Source: Eledone cirrhosa (Eukaryota). From it: a stretch of DNA of 64,000 bases. The translations under genes were made by a program, and so were the position numbers. Shown here in pieces: positions 13,363 to 26,167 of this stretch (its first letter is position 1; every line of letters starts with the position of its first letter). The DNA lies in assembly GCA_964016885.1 (NCBI GenBank), contig OZ024747.1, positions 49,662,001 to 49,726,000 on the forward strand. Reading direction: 5' to 3'. Under the pieces are notes generated by a model. It did no database searches. It saw nothing but the letters and a program-made list of their open reading frames with translations, and had not been told where the DNA came from.

Positions 13363-14725
13363 GCTTGTTGTGGGCGATGTCCACTTCTGATGGTGAGTAG
13401 AGCACGGATGAGGATCTTGGTGAAGACCTTGGTTAGGATGGAGAGAAGTGTGATGTCCGGTGGTTGCTGCAGATGAGTTTGTTGTTGCTTTCCTGTTTCC
13501 AGAAGGGGAGAATAATGCCTCGGGTCCAGTCATTTGGGAACTGCTCTGACAGCCATACATGGTTGATGATATGGGTGAGTCACTGGATCATGTTATCTCC
13601 ACGGTGATAGTGCAGATTCCAGGGGCTTTGTGGTTTTTGCATTTCTTCAAGGCGGTTCTGACTTGATCGTGGGTGACACAATTGAGTCTGCAGGAGCTGT
13701 TGGCTGCAACCGTGCCTGTGGTGGTTAGACAGGGATCAATTGGGACGGGTTGGTGATGCCGAATGAGGGTGAAGTGCTCCTTCCAGTGTTCGAAGCAGGT
13801 GGTTTTGATGGTGATGATGTTGCTATTGGTAACCTTCACCAGGGCTGCTCTGATCGAGGGACCAGCACGGGCTCTGTAAAGTGTGTTGAATACGTGGCTG
13901 AAGTTGTTGTTCCTTGCCACTGTCTCCAGGAGCTTAGTTTCTTCCGCCCAAAACTTTTCCCGGTTATCTGTTATGGCCTTGTTGCGTATCCAGTTGAGCC
14001 ACTGCACAGGTGAGCCTTGCCACAACAGTTAAGTATCTCCAGCATTTGCAGTGAAATCCAGGGCCGTTTGGGAAGAGGTCTTTATTTTAGTTATATATAT
14101 TTTCAGGTCTTTACGAAGGTCCGACTTCCACACCGATCTCAAGCTGTGGCACGCCGCCCAGGCTTTGCTCTTCCTCTCAACCACATCATCTTCCTATTCC
14201 CAATCTTTGCTCCCAAATACAGGAAGTCCTCAACCAATTCTAGCGGTTTCTCGCCTACATTGGTGATCTCCTCTGGCATCTCAAAATCCGCCTCTTCATT
14301 GCTGTAGTGGAGTCTGTGCTGCTGTACGGGTCTGAGACTTGAACACTGACCAAGAAACTCACTCAGATGATGGATGGGTGCTACACGAGAATGCTGAGGA
14401 TGGCTCTGAACATTAATCAGTATACACTGAGGATGAAAAACTCAGAGCTGTATGGGAGCCTCCCAAAAGTCAGCTCAAAAATGACACAGAGGAGACTGAG
14501 GTTAGCTGGACATGCTCACCAACATTCAGAGTTGACATTGCACTCAGTGCTCCTGTGGGAGCCCCTACATGGACACACTGGAAGAGGAAGACCAAGGTTA
14601 ACGTATGTTGATGCCCTAAGGACAGACACTGGTCTGTTGGAGACACAGGACATGGCAGTGATAATGAGGGACAGAGACCGCTGGAGAGAACTCGTCCATG
14701 GATCTCGGGAATTTTACCCGCCCTA
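13363..14725. mobile_element. RTE LINE, 5'-truncated with inverted 5' part
   Basis: Minus 13363-14020: pre-RT/RT N-terminal region (EHWKEHF, KNHKAPG). Plus 14020-14725: C-terminus to EFYPP*. Confidence 0.8.
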
Positions 14726-14768
<43 letters not shown>

Positions 14769-15189
14769 CTATAACAAATACAAGCATATATTCGTATGAG
14801 AAAGTATACGTACCTTCACAAAACATACAGGTAAGATATTCTTACCTATGCAGATGAGTAATGGTATAAACATAAAATATACTTAACTACCACATCAAGA
14901 TGTAAATTATCCGCGTATTGTTCGTACTATCCATTAGGGTATAATGTGGGGCTGTAATACAGGAAAGTTTTATGCAATTTGTGTTTACAAGCCGAAATTG
15001 CCTCAGATTTTTTGTTTAAGATGTGGTCATTGGCGTAGAGTATTTCCAGGGCTTCAGTGGCGCAAAGATCACATGGTCTTTTATTTATGTTATACAATTT
15101 AGCCATAGCTAGGATCTCCCAGTGTAACCTATATTGGGTGTGGTTGTGTTTTAGACTCCAGATATAAGCTAATATTTACTTCTGCGTTC

Positions 15190-15265
15190 ACAGATTGATT
15201 TTTTTAGTTTCAGAAGATCCCGTTAAGGGTGAAAGCAGCGATTCTTTGCTTAAACTTTAATCTGT
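15190..15265 (+). ncRNA. Type I hammerhead ribozyme-like motif (CAGAAGA core variant)
   Basis: Stem I AGTTT/AAACT extended by ACAGATTGA/TTAATCTGT; core CAGAAGA...GAAA; stem II CCC/GGG; stem III AGCA/TGCT. Inverted copy at 16268-16336. Confidence 0.6.
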
Positions 15266-15269
15266 TATA

Positions 15270-15309
<40 letters not shown>

Positions 15310-16245
15310 CTAGCTGGCCCGGCTAGGTATACCAGCATTTTATTTTTTCAGGAATCCCCCCTCCACTCCAGTGCAAAGATACCGCATGCCCTCTCAAGTC
15401 TACGAGGTTGGGGTGGGGGACTTGCTGGGGGTTAACGTGCTCTGATGTTGGGTTTGAATAGTTTTTAGGATTCCCCAGTTCAGCAGCCAGTACGTTAAAG
15501 AAAATTGATAGTTACAACAATAAATGCTGAACAGAGAATTCATTTTTTAACAAACAATAATTTGTACAACATTAATGGAAAATATTTAAATTACATTGTT
15601 AGAGCCTCAGAGTATACAATATTTTTTGTTCGGCCCTCCGGAGCAAAGATGAAGAGATTGTTTGGCGAGCTCACCCTAGAGCATCCTACATACAATTGAC
15701 CATGGGAGAAGCACTGATCTCATAGATCGTTTCACAGAGAAGCTCTGTAGACGTTGACCTATGGACTCCTGTCAGGAGCAGGTAAGCTGTAGTGACTTAG
15801 AGGCCTACCACCAATCTCCAAGACACTGTTTTCAAGACAAATGAGCGCCTCATTGAAAACGACATTGTATGTTACGTTCGGATTGTGTCTGCGTGTGCGG
15901 TGGAAGATGTCCTCAGCTTGACTTTTACGGTGGTTGTTCGACAGTGTGAGAGGGTCGGTGAGATCGCAGTTGTGCAGCATAATAGCAAAAAGTTTTCGCA
16001 GGTGAGAAGGGACTTTAGCAGTTGCTGCTCTTACAGGGTGAGGTGCCAATGGCTATCATCGTGTAACATACCATGCATCTGGCAAGCCAAACGGTAAGTG
16101 GAACATTGATGGACATTGATGGTTCTCAGATCTTGGAAAGACTGTGGTCCTCTAACCTCGAACAGTAACAATGACAATAAACCGTCTGTGCTTTCGTGAA
16201 ATAAATAGGTTTTTGTTTTTGTGTATGCAAAAATATCTGTAGACG
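15310..16245 (-). mobile_element. Internally deleted Helitron
   Basis: Minus-strand CFSHGQLYVGCSRV..TKNIVYSEAL helicase end and RGPQSFQDLRT..LRKLFAIML region; 3' GC hairpin followed by CTAG|T at 15310. Confidence 0.9.
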
Positions 16246-16454
16246 AATATATATATATATTAAAATAACAGATTAAAGTTTAAGCAAAGGCTTTCACTCT
16301 TAACGGGATCTTCTGAAACTAAAAAAATCAATCTGTGAACGCAGAAGTAAATATTTCGCAAAACGTTATCTAATGCAGACAGCCAGACACACAGAAACAT
16401 ATTATAAGGGCGCTACGTTATAGATATGTATCTATCTAAAAAAAGAGGGGAATG

Positions 16455-16510
16455 TTGTGCGACGTCATAAGAAAAAGCAAGGAATGTCGTATAACCGGAA
16501 GTGTTGACAT
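16455..16510. promoter_or_regulatory. Candidate promoter (CRE-like plus ETS site)
   Basis: CGACGTCA at 16460-16467 and perfect ETS ACCGGAAGTG at 16494-16503 in unique sequence. Confidence 0.4.
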
Positions 16511-16697
16511 TTGAAATTTTAAAGAAGTGAATATTTAAATAATGTCTTTAATCTTTTAACAAAATTCAGTAGACAAAAATAACCTCACTTTTTTTACTTG
16601 GAAAAAGTTACATCTATGGTGCAAATTTGGTGCTGTTTGGTCCAGCCATTTGGCGAAAAGTTTGTTACATACATACGGCCGTCAGCTTTATATTATA

Positions 16698-16728
<31 letters not shown>

Positions 16729-16815
16729 GTGTATATATATGTATATATATATATATATATACCTATATATATATTTATTAAAATGTATATATATGTATAT
16801 GTATATGTATATATA

Positions 16816-16982
16816 TAGTATTTCCCGGATCGAAGACGCTACTTTTTTCCCAAAATAAGTCTCAAAAATCTACCATGCATCCTGGAGGCTGAAGGTTGTT
16901 GATTATCTTTTTTCAAATATTTGGTTGTCAAAATTAATGGTGCGTCCTCAAGGATGAAGTGTCTTTGGCGCCAGGAAATATG

Positions 16983-16983
<1 letters not shown>
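16816..16983. mobile_element. pogo/Tigger-type MITE
   Basis: Imperfect TIRs AGTATTTCCCGGATCGAAGACGC / GTGTCTTTGGCGCCAGGAAATATGG in TA repeats. Confidence 0.65.
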
Positions 16984-17028
<45 letters not shown>

Positions 17029-17439
17029 GCATATATCATCATCATCATTAACACATCCACTTTCCTGCTAGTGAGAGTTAGACAGGTCTTCACAGACAGT
17101 CGGTACTTAAGTGGTGCTGCTGACCTCTCTGATGGGCTGAGTTGCCTGCATCTCACTTACATACTGTCCTGCACTCTAACAAGTGCACTTTATTGTGCTA
17201 CCAGCACCAGAAAGATGCCTTGTGAGTGAAATTTGATAGATGAAACTGTAGAAACCCATTGTGTGTGTGTGTGTGTATATATATATCAAATTAAAAAACG
17301 GAGTTAAAGATTTACGTTAATCCCCTATAATTTAATGAGCTCAAGGAATTGTGTATTTTTCTCTATATACTGGATGCTATTTCTAGTGGTCTTTTGGTCC
17401 ATTCACGCCACCATGGACTATATAGTGCGTGTGTTTTCT

Positions 17440-17985
<546 letters not shown>

Positions 17986-18295
17986 TATATATATAAATGT
18001 AATCTGTTTTTTTCGAATATTAATAATAATATTCAATTCGTTTGCAATTATGCAAACAAACCTCATTTTTAAAGCCATGTCAGTAGAATGAGCCCCCCCA
18101 TTCTTGCTCTTGTATTGGTATGTAAACAGAACTGCAGATACTAATATTCTGGGTAATACCCTTCAGCAGTACAGTTCACTGTTCACCTGCCAACTGTCAG
18201 AGCTAGTGAAAATATATGATATTTTCTAAAATACAGTGAGTGATCGGCCTGATTTGCATATTAGCATATTTATATAAATATATCTTTATATATAC

Positions 18296-18361
<66 letters not shown>

Positions 18362-18638
18362 GTGAGGTTTTTTTTACAAAATGAAAAATAACCGAGGTGT
18401 CCTACACGAGTGAAAGTATAAGGAAAAAAGATGAAATCGAAAATGCAACTGGAGTCTTTTTTTTAAAAAATATATATATATTTGGTTCCTTTACCGGTTT
18501 CGCAGTTCTTCTGCTTTTCAAAAGTAGAATTGAGATGGAGGGTCTGTGGTTTTTATATAAATATAAAATATATATATATATATACATAAATATATATAAA
18601 GTACAGAACAATCAAAACTAATGTTTAATACATTTCAT

Positions 18639-18685
18639 TGCTGACAATCGTTTCTTCCAAACAGCCTTTTGGAATCATCGGAACA
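18639..18685 (-). ncRNA. Minimal type I hammerhead ribozyme (CCGAUGA core) in inverted Penelope terminal repeat
   Basis: TGTT CCGATGA TTCCAAA-AGGCTG-TTTGGAA GAAAC GATT GTC AGCA. Confidence 0.7.
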
Positions 18686-18699
18686 TTGGCAAAGTTTAA

Positions 18700-21460
18700 A
18701 CATAATTAATTCCTATTCAATAAAACTAGTTAAGAACATTAGATGTAGAAAACATTTTAATAGAAACAACACCTTCTTAAATAACCTCAATTCTACTATT
18801 AAAGATTTAATAGAAATAAGAAAATTCTAGTACATGCTGATAAAACTAATAATATATATAGGCTAGATTACGATACATATAGAAAATTTATAGATAAAGA
18901 GCTGCATAAGAGCTATAAGAAAACACTATTAGAAACCTAGACAATATAAATATTGAAGCCATAGTATAGTATGTAAATTAGGACTTCAGAGATATACACA
19001 ACCTTACACCCCTAACCCCCCAAGATTCTCTCTGAAGGACCATAAGGAAGACTAATTTGCCCTTCCTCTATAAGACTAATTTGCCCTTCCAAATCTGACA
19101 TTGGAATTATTAGCAACAAAATATTAGAATCATCCCCCAATTTAGGCAAAAACTATCTTAATCTATGGGGAAATACTGGTGAAGTTATAGAATGGTTCAA
19201 TAATATTAATGAGAATAAAAAAAAAAAAATTATCCAATTTGATATTAATTCGTACTACACCTCTATGTCTCCTATCCTATTAAACAAATCATTAATAATG
19301 GCTATGAATAATAGTGAACTTACTAAATCCCTAATTGATGTCACTCTTGTGGCCCGTAAAACTATAATTGTATTTGAAGATCAATTATGGACCCGCAAAG
19401 ATACACCTAACAACTTTGACATAACTATGGGATCTAGTGACTCAGTGCAGGTTACAGATTTGATGGGTCTATATCTCTTAAATGAAATTCATAAGAATTT
19501 GCCCTACCTCAATGGTGGTTTATACCACGATGATGCACTACTACTTATTGATTATAAAAAATTTAATATAGAAAGAACTAGAAAACAATTGCATAAACTA
19601 TTTAAAAACTTCAACTTAAGTATTACTTTAGATAGAAACACTAAAAACGTTAACTTCCTTGATGCTACCCTTTGCCGGTAGTCTAAAATATATACACCCT
19701 TTCATAAACCAAATGAAAAACTACTTTATGTAGATACCAACTCTAACCACCCTAAATCTATATTAAACTCGTTACTAAAGGAGTATCTAATAGAATAACC
19801 ACTCTATCTTATAATGAAACTATATTTAACAGAAATTCCCAATACTATAATGAAGCTTTAGCTCACTCAGGCCATAAAGATAAAATTAAATTTTTACCTA
19901 AAAAAATCATTTAGTTCTAACATTATTTCACACAATATGGCCATGAATAAAATTAAAAGTAATACAAGTACTGACCACTCTAACTCTAGTATGACGGGTA
20001 ATAACAAAGTTAACTTGCACCAAAATAAACATCCTAATAATAATAATAATAATAAAAATAGAAATATAAACAATACTACAACTAACCTTACAAAAAATAA
20101 TCACAAAAATAGAAGAACTAATACATTTTTCAATCCCCCTTTAAATTTAAATGTTTCTACCAACTTGCCTAAGGCTTTCTTCTCAATTTTAGAAAAAAAA
20201 TTTCCCAGTTGGCCATAGATACCATAATCTTATCAATAAAAATACTATTAAAATCTCTTACTCTACCACACCTAACATTGCGAACCATGTAGCTAGTAGT
20301 AATAAAAGGAAGATTAATAATTATTTCCAAATGATTAAATCACAACATGAGGGGAACTTGCATAACAACATAGTACCGGAGAATTCTAGTAGCAACAATA
20401 ATAATAGTAACAGCACTAATGAAATTAATAGCAATAGGAATAATAATCATCATTATCCTAATACTCTTCCTAACAACCATGCACCTACACACCCTATTAA
20501 CCAGCAAGTAAGCAACCCAAATAACTGTAATTATAGAACAAATAGAACTTGCCCCTTGAGAAAAAACTGCTTAATCAAAGACATTATTTACTCCTGTACA
20601 GTCAATACAAGTAACACTTCGAAAATATATATTGGTTCTACCTCGAACTGCTTTAAGACGAGATATAACTCACATCTTCACACTTTCAAAAATCATAATC
20701 TTAGCTAACTCCACTTCTTTATCTACCTACATACACTCTTTGAAAACTAGGAATAGACCATATATTCTACAATGAGAAGTTATAGATAAGGCCACTTCTT
20801 ATAAACCACTGAATAGATTCTGTAACCTCTGTATTTTAGAGTCTCGCACTATAGTCTATTCTAAGCTAAACCTTTTAAATAAGAAAATCAGAAATTTTTT
20901 CCACGTGTCAAAACTACCACCAACACTCTTTCCACAATTTCAAACCAAGCTGCTAATATATAACAATGTTAGATATATATTCCTCACCACCGTTAACACT
21001 TTACCTCTAGGTTTTATCAGCATAAAATACCCCCACGACATCACATTTTTGTATCTGTATCAGCTCATTCCTTCATTTATCTCCTATTTATCTCAGATCC
21101 TATACTCAATAATAACTATAGAGAATAAACATAAATGTACCACCACTTAATATAACTATATCTTCCTTACTAATATTTTATTCATTTAAGTAATATATAG
21201 GTAAGTAGTGGACAATTGGGACCTTTAAATATTATATAAAAAACAGATTATATATAAAATAAATATAAAAATAAATAACATTTTATAAGGATTTCCTTGT
21301 AATATAATATTATGTATATTAACACATAGAATTTAATTAATAGGATATATAAACAACTAACACCAGATTATATATTTTTCTGTTATGCATAAATAAATCT
21401 TCAATTACCTCCCCTTTCCCATTAGCTCCCTTTAGTGAACATCTCCAATCACTTCCTTGA
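18700..21460 (+). mobile_element. Penelope-like retroelement (RT plus C-terminal GIY-YIG), degraded
   Basis: RT motifs FDINSYYT, FDITMGSSDS..DLMGLYLL, GLYHDD, VNFLD; Cys-rich CNY..CPL..C then IIYSC..KIYIGSTSNCFKTRYNSH. Confidence 0.9.
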
Positions 21461-21499
21461 ATTTAAACCGTTAGACATAACCACACCAACTCGAAAAAT

Positions 21500-21890
21500 T
21501 AGCATCTGACTAAAAAGAGATCACGACCGTATAGCTCAGGAGTCGGTCCAGCGTACTGGGAGAAGATCTGGGCTTCGAAGTAGCCAACAAACAAGTTGGC
21601 ATAGTTTGGACCTATTCTGGTTCCCATCGCTACCCCAGAGAGAGGAGGAGATGAGCTCGTGGATGGTGGAGGACATGAGTTGTTGGTAGTCAGGAGTGGG
21701 GCCGGAGGATTAAGGGCGGTTAAAAGGGGTATTGTGAAGCTGGCGGAGAGCCTCAGCTCTATAGAGGTCAACGCTCCAAACCACCACAGTGCCACCTTTG
21801 TCAACGGGTTTGATGACAATGTCATCGCGAAGAGCTCAGTCCGCGTGATGTTAGAGCGACGAGAATGCTGGACAATTCTTTTAAAAGCAG
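21500..21890 (-). mobile_element. Penelope-like RT fragment (second family, internally deleted)
   Basis: IKPVDKGGTVVVW and GVAMGTRIGPNYANLFVGYFE. Confidence 0.8.
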
Positions 21891-22129
21891 GGAACAGCGG
21901 ACGTAAAATGATGATGATGATGATGATGATGTGATAGATAAAGTATATAACGTATATAAAGTATTACCAGTTTCGATGTATTATTAAAATTCATCTTATC
22001 AAATGTTGAGTATTGCAATTAAAAAGAATTAATAGGAATTAAAAACTACTAAAAATTGAAGATTTAAAATTAAAATTAAGTGTTGGAGTAAGTTTTTTTC
22101 CCATCTTTCTTGCTCAAAAGTGGGCTGGC

Positions 22130-22995
22130 GAATGAGAATATTGGCTCTGCATACAAGTCTTGTTTGTGGTCCTGTCGCCGGGTTGTCGGCTGTCTTATGG
22201 TCTTTGCAGAGCCCATACAAGGGTGGTATGTCATGAACTACCATAAAATCCCTGATCAGCAAAACAGACCTCTTTAAGAAAATCCACTGTACTAATAAGA
22301 AATGTGTTATATGTAAAGTGAACCCCCAGATAAACTGTAAAACTAGAAATGTAGTCTATAGCATAAGATGTACAGAAGGTACTTGCAGAAACATGACAAC
22401 GACATGCATAGGTGAGAGAGCTCGAAGCATAGGAGAAAGGATAGACCAACACTGGGGGGGGGGGGGGGGTGAAAAGGACAAAAAGACGGTTCAGTACTAT
22501 ACGAACATGCCAGACAACAACATGACAGTAACATAGACAACATAGAAATTAAAATAATATCTAAACATAGAAATGACTCAACAGGTAGGCAAATCAGAGA
22601 AGCAAGTGAAACAGAGCTGAGAAAGCTAAAGTTAAACAGAAAAAATGAATGGAATAACAACAACAACCATACCCAAACAAACAATATTGACTTAAGGGAA
22701 ATATAAATAAATAAATAAATAAATATATACACAAGTACAATAACAACAAATACATATAAACACACACTAATAAACAAAGATAGAATACAAAAACCAAAAC
22801 ACATACACCCAAACATGAACACACACACCAAACATTATACACACACGCAAACGCATGCGCGGAGACGGAGACAAAAATAAATAAATAAATAAAATGAAAA
22901 TGGTGTAAACACTACAATACAACACAATAGGAGGAAACATGATAATGGTATCACTGATGATGCTGCAGATGTGCAACGAAAGAACTTTGTTACAC
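22130..22995. mobile_element. Penelope-like element with 5' inversion and terminal hammerhead-like motif
   Basis: Minus 22130-22262 PPLYGLCKDHK (RT N-terminus); plus 22265-22700 GIY-YIG NCKTRNVVYSIRC..CIGERARSIGERIDQH; CTGATGA...GAAA at 22954-22981. Confidence 0.8.
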
Positions 22996-23285
22996 TATAT
23001 ATATATATTTATACCCATACTAGCGTGGAAGATGGAGGTTAAACGAAGATGATGATGATGATCTGTATTTTTAACCGTTGGTCAGTCAATGATAAACATT
23101 TATTGCCAAATAAATTAACAATGGAGATATAAAAGATGCAGAAGCGAAAACCAACCAAACAGTGAGTGTGTTCTGTTATTATTTCTGGCAATATTATTAC
23201 AACAATATGACCCTCCCCAAGTATAACAATATTTGTTTCGACACACGATTTCATATAAAAAACCTCGCAAAGCAAATATATATAT

Positions 23286-23485
23286 NNNNNNNNNNNNNNN
23301 NNNNNNNNNNNNNNNNNNNNNNNNNNNNNNNNNNNNNNNNNNNNNNNNNNNNNNNNNNNNNNNNNNNNNNNNNNNNNNNNNNNNNNNNNNNNNNNNNNNN
23401 NNNNNNNNNNNNNNNNNNNNNNNNNNNNNNNNNNNNNNNNNNNNNNNNNNNNNNNNNNNNNNNNNNNNNNNNNNNNNNNNNNNNN
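23286..23485. other. Assembly gap (200 N)
   Basis: Run of N. Confidence 1.
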
Positions 23486-23489
23486 TGAT

Positions 23490-24035
23490 GCGCTGAACGA
23501 GTGTGACTTTTTAGTCCAGCCAGCGACTTGAAAACTCTGGTACAAGCACTACACTTGTGACAATTATTGACACATAGTGCTGGACCCATGGTACCCTGTG
23601 ATGACAAGTGCAGAGAGATCTCCAGATATAAAGCAATGCCTGTGCTGTGAAGCTTTTATAGTGAGCAAAGGCACTGCACAAAGCCAGTCCCACTCTCTTA
23701 ACCAAGATGATATTTACCAAAAAGAAGAATAAGTCAACATCATTGGATACCATCAGGGTTGCAGGTGTTATATCAGAGTTTTCCTTCTCCTAGAATTCTG
23801 TCTTAACAAAGGCTAAGGGGTCATCTCTCCCGGTGATTTTGGATGGCCATTGACTCTTAAGAGCTCCTTTACCCTTTGACAGGTTTTGTTTTTAGTCCTG
23901 CAGGATGTCCAAAGTCACCCTCCTCACCAAGAAACCTTGGTGTGGTTGCCAGTTTAGTCGCCAACGACCCGACCTTGGGACAGGTTGTACTGGGATACAT
24001 GTTACCAGTAGCACCAACTGGTGACCTGACCATAA
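23490..24035 (-). mobile_element. Bipartite non-autonomous RTE derivative
   Basis: Near-identical to 60555-61128; RTE-5'UTR-like CTAGGAGAAGGAAAACTCTGA joined to a terminal C2H2 finger CSACTRVFKSLAGLKSHTRSAH. Confidence 0.7.
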
Positions 24036-24067
24036 TATATATATATACATATATACATACATACATA

Positions 24068-24105
<38 letters not shown>

Positions 24106-24758
24106 CACATACATACATATATATATACATACACATATACATATATATGCATACATATATATACACATACATATATACACACATAGATATATACATAGAT
24201 ATATACATATATATATATACATATATATATATATACATATATATATACATACATATACATATACATACATATACACCAGCTCACACTGTAAAGTGGACGT
24301 GTAGGCGCCACGAAAAAGCACCCAGCACTCACTGTAAATGAGGTTGGTGTTAGGAAGGGCATCCAGCTGTAGAAATCAAGCCAAATCAGTTCCTATATGA
24401 GCAAGGCATGGTCAGCCGACCAGACACAACAGGACAACCCGTCTAACCCATGCTAGCATGGAAGAACGGACGTAAAACGGTGATGATGATGATGATGATA
24501 CACATATATATATATACATCTATATATATATACATACATATACATATACATACATATACATATATATATACATATACATATATATAGACATACATATATA
24601 CATACATATATACACATATATATACATACATATATACACATATATATACATATATATATACATATATATATACATATATACACACACATATATATTTACA
24701 TATATATATACATATATATATATATATACATACATATACATATATATATATATATACT

Positions 24759-25903
24759 CTCAGTAAAGTCAGGGTAGGAATGGAGTTTAGTGGGGAATTC
24801 CAGATTCAAGTAGTACATCAAGGTTTGGTCCTCAGACCGCTCCTGTTCAATATAGTCCTCCAAGCCATAACAGAGGAGTTTAAGACTGGCTGTCCAGGGG
24901 AACTTTTCTATGCTGTCGATCTGGTTCTTATAGCAGAATCAGTAGAGGAGCTAGAGAATAAATTCTGGCTATGGAAACAGCAGTTGGAATCAAGAGGACT
25001 GAGAGTGAACCTAGCTAAGACAAAAGTGTTGATGAGTAGAAAAGAGGACAAAACTGTGATTCCGTCAGGGAAATGGCTATGTTCGATATGCAGAAAAGGA
25101 ACTGGCATAAATTCTATAAAATGCACACAATGCAGATCCTGGGTACACAAGGGATGTAATAGGATAGCAGGCAAACTAACAGGTCGGGAGAAATGTGTAT
25201 GCAGTAGATGTACAGGGAAATTAGACAGTAGAAGTCGCATTGATAGACACATTTTTCAAATACAGGAGGGTGCTATAGAAGTGGTGGATAGCTTCCGGTA
25301 CCTAGCAGATCAGATTAGCATGGGAGGAGGGTGTTCCGAGGCCATAGTATCTAGAATAAGGACGGGTTGGAAGAAGTTTAGGGAGCTGCTTCCTCTGCTG
25401 ACGAAGAGGAGTTTCTCCCTGCATACGAAAGGCCGGTTGTATGATGCCTGTGTGAGGAGCGCGATGCTGCATGGTAGTGAGACATGGGCAGCAACAGCAG
25501 AGGATATGCGACGGCTGGAGAGAAATGAGGCAAGCATGCTCTGTTGGATGTGCAGTGTAAATGTGCATGAATGACCCAGCATGAATGTGTTGAGAGAGAA
25601 ACTGTGTCTGAGAGGGATAGAATGTAGTGTACAGGAGAGGAGACTGAGGTGGTATGGACATGTGATGCGCATGGAGGATGACCGATGGGTGAAGAAGTGC
25701 CAGGAAATACCAGTTGAAGGAAGACATGGTAGAGGGAGACCACGAAAAACATGGGCGGAGGTGGTGAGAACAGACCTCAGATCATTGAAGTTCATGGTGG
25801 AGATGATGAAGGACCGTGACGAGTGGAGAGATGCTGTGCTGAATAAGACTCGTCCCATCTTTGCAAGCAGGCAAAAGTGGACGTAAAATGATGATGATGA
25901 TGA
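24759..25903 (+). mobile_element. RTE LINE 3' part (RT with PHD insert) and (GAT)n tail
   Basis: [25 protein letters not shown]4HC3 insert, FRYLAD, LHGSETW, RLRWYGHVMRM, RGRGRPRKTW. Confidence 0.92.
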
Positions 25904-25937
25904 TACATATATATACATACATATATATATATATACT

Positions 25938-25969
<32 letters not shown>

Positions 25970-26031
25970 TACATATATACATAGATATATATATACATAC
26001 ATATATATGCATACATACATATAAATATATA

Positions 26032-26071
<40 letters not shown>

Positions 26072-26167
26072 CATACATACATATATATATATATATACAT
26101 ACACACATATATATATATATACATACATATATACATATATATATACATATATATACATATATATACA

